Shown here: piece by piece, positions 7,479 to 11,389 of the stretch
Layout of the letters: the number at the start of each line of letters is the position of its first letter
How positions within the stretch are numbered: position 1 is the stretch's first letter
Assembly (NCBI GenBank): GCA_028708485.1
Contig: JAQVYZ010000011.1
Span: 1-11,389, forward strand
Reading direction: 5' to 3'
Origin: Caldisericia bacterium
Lineage (GTDB): Bacteria; Caldisericota; Caldisericia; UBA6126
Length of the DNA: 11,389 bases
Position numbers and translations under genes: made by a program
The notes under the pieces: model-generated
Told to the model about the DNA's origin: nothing
The model's input: only the letters and a program-made list of their open reading frames with translations
Database searches by the model: none

Positions 7479-7517
7479 TATTTTTGGGACAGGGGACTGT
7501 CCCCTGTCCCAAAAATA
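7479..7517. repeat. GC-rich perfect palindrome TATTTTTGGGACAGGGGAC-T-GTCCCCTGTCCCAAAAATA (copy 2); probable hairpin terminator element.
   Basis: A 39-bp exact palindrome centred at 7498, 52 nt downstream of the DJ-1 stop. It is identical to copy 1 except for the central base (A versus T) and the outermost flanks. Confidence 0.8.
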
Positions 7518-7586
7518 TATTCTTACTGAACAAAACTTTTAGGGTATTCTTGACAGTAATTTTTACTAAATAGTCTTATGTAAAAT

Positions 7587-7615
7587 TTAACTACACATTG
7601 TTTATTAGGTATAAT
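7587..7615 (+). promoter_or_regulatory. Candidate sigma-A promoter for comEA-comEC: -35 TTAACT, 17-bp spacer, -10 TATAAT.
   Basis: TTAACT at 7587-7592 and TATAAT at 7610-7615. A GAGG ribosome-binding site lies 6 nt before the comEA ATG. Confidence 0.35.
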
Positions 7616-7657
7616 ATATGTTTTGTTCGTTTGGGCGGGTGATGAAATGAGGTTTCT

Positions 7658-8257
7658 ATGGACTGGTTTGAATGGGTAAAAGAGCATTCCGGGTACGTAA
7701 TCGCATGTATCATTATAGGTTTGGTGTGTTTTTTTTTGGGAACACAATACCAAAGCAAGTACTCCGCTTCGACAGAAACAACGTCTGCATTAACCTCACT
7801 GGATGAAACCACCGAAAACAATCCGGAAACCATTGAAGTCTATGTGTGTGGAGAAGTCTTAGAAACCAAAGTAGTGGAATTACCCTCTTCCGCCAGATGG
7901 GAAGATGCTATCCAAGCAGCAGGAGGCTTATTGGATTCCGCCGACCGGAACCAAATCAACCTCGCCAAATCACTGAAAAACGGGGAGAAAGTGTTTGTTC
8001 CCAAAAAAGCAGAGGTAGTGAACCAAAATGGCTCTGTGATAATGAATAAAACCATCACCTCCACCCAGGTTCCCATTAACAGCGCCACAAAAGAATTACT
8101 CATGACTTTGCCGGGCATCGGCGAGGTAAAGGCAGAGGCTATCTTACAATACCGTGAGGATGTCGGTCGTTTTGAGGAACTGGAAGACTTAATGAAAGTC
8201 AGCGGGATTGGGGAGAAAACTTTTGAGAAGTTAAAAGAGCTGATTCGCCTGGATTAA
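7658..8257 (+). CDS. comEA: Competence protein ComEA: membrane-anchored DNA receptor with an SLBB domain and tandem helix-hairpin-helix motifs.
   Basis: 199 aa. There is an N-terminal transmembrane segment. The block IEVYVCGEVLETKVVELPSSARWEDAIQAAGG is SLBB-like. The C-terminus INSATKELLMTLPGIGEVKAEAILQYRE...VSGIGEKTFEKLKE contains the helix-hairpin-helix motifs. The stop TAA at 8255-8257 shares its last A with the comEC ATG. Confidence 0.9.
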   Translation: MDWFEWVKEHSGYVIACIIIGLVCFFLGTQYQSKYSASTETTSALTSLDETTENNPETIEVYVCGEVLETKVVELPSSARWEDAIQAAGGLLDSADRNQINLAKSLKNGEKVFVPKKAEVVNQNGSVIMNKTITSTQVPINSATKELLMTLPGIGEVKAEAILQYREDVGRFEELEDLMKVSGIGEKTFEKLKELIRLD

Positions 8258-10545
8258 TGAAGTTTTACTGGTCTCTTTGGGTACCTGCCTGGATTCTTTT
8301 TTTCATCGCAGGAATACTCGCTTCCCTTTACCCTCCTTATACCATGCTCCTTTTTCTATCAGCCTCTATCAGCTTGGGATATTTTATGCATCAATACCGT
8401 CCGTTATTGACCGTTGGTTTTGTCATGTTGGTCTGTTGTCTGTCATTGCTGAGTTTCGGAATTGGCTTAACTCGTACTAACGCTTCTCTTCAACAGGATT
8501 ACCAGTTGGATACCGTTTCAGGAAAATCCTTTACCCTGGAAGGAAGGGTAATTGATTGGCCCGTTCAAAAGAGTAAAACCATAGAATTCCCAATCAAAGT
8601 AAACCAATTCAGACTGATCACTGTCTTGCCGGTACAAACGGAGCCAGGATTCTATGACATTGCAAAAGGGGATACGATCAAGGCAACAGGAATCATCACT
8701 CAACAAAAAAACCAATACACTTCTCCTTTGTCTGACACAAGAAAGCTGGAGCAGGCAGATGCTCATGGCTTTTTTCAGATTGAAGAGACGGATTCTTTAT
8801 CGATACAAAGAGATAGCTTGTACTCACGCTTTCAACGTATCATCAGGCAAATCAGGGAACATGCGTGGGAGAAGCTGTGTGCATTTCAATTGGATTCGGC
8901 TTATACCCACTTTCTGGGGGCTCTCTGGCTGGGTTTGGAAAAGGAGAATTTTCCGCTGCAACCCCTTTTCCAGAAAATTGGTTTGAGCCATATACTAGCG
9001 ATCTCCGGGTCGAATTTTTATTGGCTGGCAGGGATTTTTCTGGCTTTGTTTACGCTTTGGAAATGGAAGGAGCAGAAAAAATCGACCGTCATTATATTGA
9101 TTCTATTCGTATATTGCGCTTTGGTCGGTTTCCAGGCTTCCACCACCCGGGCTTTGCTGATGATCTCACTAATGCTGATTGCGCGCAGTAAATTGGAAGG
9201 GTATCATTCCCTATATGCGATGTTGTATACTGCCTGGATTATGCTGCTTTGGAATCCGTTGTGGTTATCAGATATCGGTTTCCAGCTTTCTTTTATCGGT
9301 TGTAGTGCGTTTATTCTCTTTCCTGCCCCGTTGAGCAAAGGATTGGGGGCTACCATCACCACGACACCGCTTGTTGCTTATCGATTCCACCTGATCAGCC
9401 TTTCCTCCTTATTAACCAATATCCTGGTTCTCCCGATTCTCACGTTTTTTTATCTGTTGGTGTGGGCTTTTTTACTACCGGGAAAGATAGGTTTTTTCCC
9501 ATTGAAAGCAGGAGAATGGTTATGGAAAGCCGTCATATGGTTCATGCAATTCCTCTCCTCGCTTCCTTACAGTTTTCATCATATCCGCACTTTTCCCTTC
9601 TGGATTCTGCTTTCCTATTATCTTTTGTTGTTTGGCATATTGTTTTGGTCAAGATGTTCCCTGCCAGCAAAACGAATCAACGCCACTACGATGGTTCTTC
9701 TTTTTTTGTTACCAGCCGGCTTGATGGTCTTTCCCGGAAAATCGCCCTACCTAACGGTTACCTACCTGAATGTAGGACAGGGAGACGCAACTTTGATCCA
9801 GACAAGATCAGGCAAAACGATCCTGATCGATACCGGTCCAGGAAAAAAAGAGGACGATTCTTTTGATCCGGGCGCAAAAGTCTTACTTCCCTTACTCAGA
9901 AAAGCAGGGGTGAACTGTATTGACCTTTTGATCATCACGCATTACCATGACGACCATTATGGTGGACTGTCGGCAGTATTAGAGCATATTCCGACCGTGA
10001 AAGAAATCGCATTGCCTAATACGGTATCGGAGGAGTCCCGAACTTTTCAATCGGCGTTCCGCTCCAGGCTGAAAAATGTTACATTGCATACCTGGTGTGG
10101 GCATCACCGTTGGCAGTTTTCCGATCTGGTGTTGGAGCTTTTTTCTCCGGAGTGCGAAGAAAACGCCTGGAGTGATCAGGAAAACAGTCGCTCTCTCTGT
10201 TTTTTACTGACCGATCAATCGGTTTCTTTTTTATTTACAGGTGACATCGAAGCGGATATAGAGAGAAAAATAGTGGACCAATACGGAGAAAAACTGCGTT
10301 GCACTGTCCTAAAAATACCGCATCATGGCAGTCAGACATCCTCTAGCCAGGCATTCATCGAAACGGTACAACCGCGATTTGCGGTGATTTCTTGCGGATC
10401 CAAAGCGTTGTTTCGTCATCCTTCCGACCAGACTCTTACCTTACTGGAAGAGCTCAATATCTCTTATCACATCACCTTTTTACGGGATTCTTTACAAATC
10501 TTGACAGATGGAAACCATTTTGAAATTTCACCCGATGTCCATTGA
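8257..10545 (+). CDS. comEC: DNA internalization competence protein ComEC/Rec2.
   Basis: 762 aa. A polytopic N-terminal region precedes the competence domain (GLSHILAISGSNF) and a C-terminal metallo-beta-lactamase domain (YLNVGQGDATLIQT, ILIDTGPG, ITHYHDDHYGGL, IPHHGS). Confidence 0.9.
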   Translation: MKFYWSLWVPAWILFFIAGILASLYPPYTMLLFLSASISLGYFMHQYRPLLTVGFVMLVCCLSLLSFGIGLTRTNASLQQDYQLDTVSGKSFTLEGRVIDWPVQKSKTIEFPIKVNQFRLITVLPVQTEPGFYDIAKGDTIKATGIITQQKNQYTSPLSDTRKLEQADAHGFFQIEETDSLSIQRDSLYSRFQRIIRQIREHAWEKLCAFQLDSAYTHFLGALWLGLEKENFPLQPLFQKIGLSHILAISGSNFYWLAGIFLALFTLWKWKEQKKSTVIILILFVYCALVGFQASTTRALLMISLMLIARSKLEGYHSLYAMLYTAWIMLLWNPLWLSDIGFQLSFIGCSAFILFPAPLSKGLGATITTTPLVAYRFHLISLSSLLTNILVLPILTFFYLLVWAFLLPGKIGFFPLKAGEWLWKAVIWFMQFLSSLPYSFHHIRTFPFWILLSYYLLLFGILFWSRCSLPAKRINATTMVLLFLLPAGLMVFPGKSPYLTVTYLNVGQGDATLIQTRSGKTILIDTGPGKKEDDSFDPGAKVLLPLLRKAGVNCIDLLIITHYHDDHYGGLSAVLEHIPTVKEIALPNTVSEESRTFQSAFRSRLKNVTLHTWCGHHRWQFSDLVLELFSPECEENAWSDQENSRSLCFLLTDQSVSFLFTGDIEADIERKIVDQYGEKLRCTVLKIPHHGSQTSSSQAFIETVQPRFAVISCGSKALFRHPSDQTLTLLEELNISYHITFLRDSLQILTDGNHFEISPDVH

Positions 10546-10553
10546 AAAGTGGG

Positions 10554-10559
10554 TATAAT
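10554..10559 (+). promoter_or_regulatory. -10 TATAAT, preceded by TGgg, in the comEC-aminopeptidase spacer.
   Basis: The sequence gtgggTATAATaaag lies 32 nt before the ATG at 10591. There is no convincing -35. Confidence 0.3.
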
Positions 10560-10590
10560 AAAGAATAGTTGGTTTGAAAGGGGAAAAGAA

Positions 10591-11389
10591 ATGCAGATGA
10601 AAAGTCTCAATTGGATTTATTACGTGATAAGTTAACTTATTCCAGAACCAATTGCTGGAATCTTTTTAATTCTGACAGAATTATGAGTTTCGCTGACGAT
10701 TACAAGAAAATTCTCACCGCAGGCAAAACAGAACGTGAATACGCGATGATTGCCGAAGAAATGCTAGTAGCAAACGGGTATCAAAAATTGCCCGATACAG
10801 GCAACGCTTATCCTACTTCCCTGCTGCAGAAAAAGTACTACAGAAACATCAAGGGAAAAGGAGTTATCGCTTTTTTTGGTGGCAGAAGACCACTGAGCGA
10901 GGGTGTTAACCTGGTCGCTTCCCACATTGACTCACCAAGACTGGATATCAAACAGAACCCTCTATATGAAGATTCAGGTTTTGCTTTTTTGGATACCCAT
11001 TATTACGGCGGGATCAAGACTTATCAATGGATGAACATTCCTTTAGCGCTTCATGGTAAAATCGTTCGTAAAGACGGGACTGAAGTAGCCATTTCTATTG
11101 GAGAAAGCGCTTTAGATCCTGTGTTTGTGATATCGGACATTCTTCCTCATCTGGCCAGAGATTATAAATCAAAAACAGTGGGAGAAGTGTTTAAAAATGA
11201 AGCATTGGATGTCATGATTGGCAGTCTTCCCATTGAATTCAATGAGAAGGAAAAAGAAGCGGTCAAACTGAACATGCTGAAGATCTTGCACGAAAAATAC
11301 CAGATTACAGAAGAGGATTTCTTAAGCGCTTAACTGGAGATCGTTCCCAGAGGAGAAGCATTGGATGTAGGATTTGACCGCAGCATGAT
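10591..11389 (+). pseudogene. M18-family aminopeptidase (ApeA-like), 5' part, with an in-frame TAA at 11331-11333 and a possible frame change near the start. It continues past the window end.
   Basis: The track ORF 10611..11333 starts at TTG and carries the blocks FADDYKKILTAGKTEREYAMIAEEMLVANGY and LVASHIDSPRLD, which I recognise as M18 aminopeptidase blocks. After the TAA the same frame continues LEIVPRGEALDVGFDRSM to the window edge. An ATG at 10591 with an AAAGGGG ribosome-binding site at ideal 7-nt spacing lies in a different frame and stops after 14 codons. Confidence 0.5.

Noticed and set aside
7425-7552. Global reassignment of TAA to a sense codon, considered because of two in-frame TAAs and because comEA's TAA is followed immediately by a TGA.
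   Set aside because: Reading through the DJ-1 TAA would translate 33 extra codons straight across the palindromic terminator hairpin before a TGA. The methyltransferase also ends at TAA. TAG and TGA are used normally elsewhere. The local-nonsense-mutation explanation is simpler.
7550-7555. Consensus TTGACA upstream of comEA.
   Set aside because: No acceptable -10 lies 16-18 bp downstream. The TTAACT/TATAAT pair at 7587-7615 is a better promoter candidate.
7523-9866. Track ORFs 7523..7753-, 7591..7833-, 7840..8118-, 7846..8049+, 8277..8480+, 8518..8766-, 8654..8986+, 8865..9191+ and 9462..9866+.
   Set aside because: They are alternative-frame or antisense ORFs within or overlapping comEA and comEC. 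comEC's reading frame is continuous with recognisable domains.
1-11389. CRISPR arrays, tRNA or rRNA genes, transposase or integrase genes, restriction-modification or other defence cassettes.
   Set aside because: No spacer-repeat periodicity or cloverleaf-compatible segments were found. No large unexplained ORFs remain once the listed genes are placed.

Overview
This looks like an 11.4-kb chromosomal segment from a low-to-moderate GC bacterium, probably Firmicutes/Bacillales-like. Strong GGAGG-type ribosome-binding sites, a FloT-type flotillin and an adjacent comEA-comEC pair support that placement. Gene order across the window: a partial secreted thioredoxin-fold protein with a CARDB/Ig-like C-terminal region (minus strand, 1-1258); a divergent, translationally coupled pair of a Cys-rich MarR-family regulator and the arsenite S-adenosylmethionine methyltransferase ArsM (1389-2676); a 670-aa FloT-like flotillin (2926-4938) ending at a 28-bp-arm perfect inverted repeat; a convergent class I SAM methyltransferase interrupted by an in-frame TAA (5039-5689, minus strand); an AT-rich islet (about 5820-7520) bracketed by two near-identical GC-rich palindromes and carrying an orphan 161-aa ORF (minus strand) and a DJ-1/PfpI-family protein (plus strand); comEA-comEC (7658-10545); and the 5' part of an M18 aminopeptidase (from about 10591) that also carries an in-frame TAA. 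No rRNA, tRNA, CRISPR array or recognisable transposase was found. The points most worth a second look are the two independent in-frame TAA codons in otherwise intact-looking genes, the vicinal-cysteine MarR regulator coupled to arsM, and the repeated palindromic element. Everything here comes from reading the sequence by eye; no searches were run.
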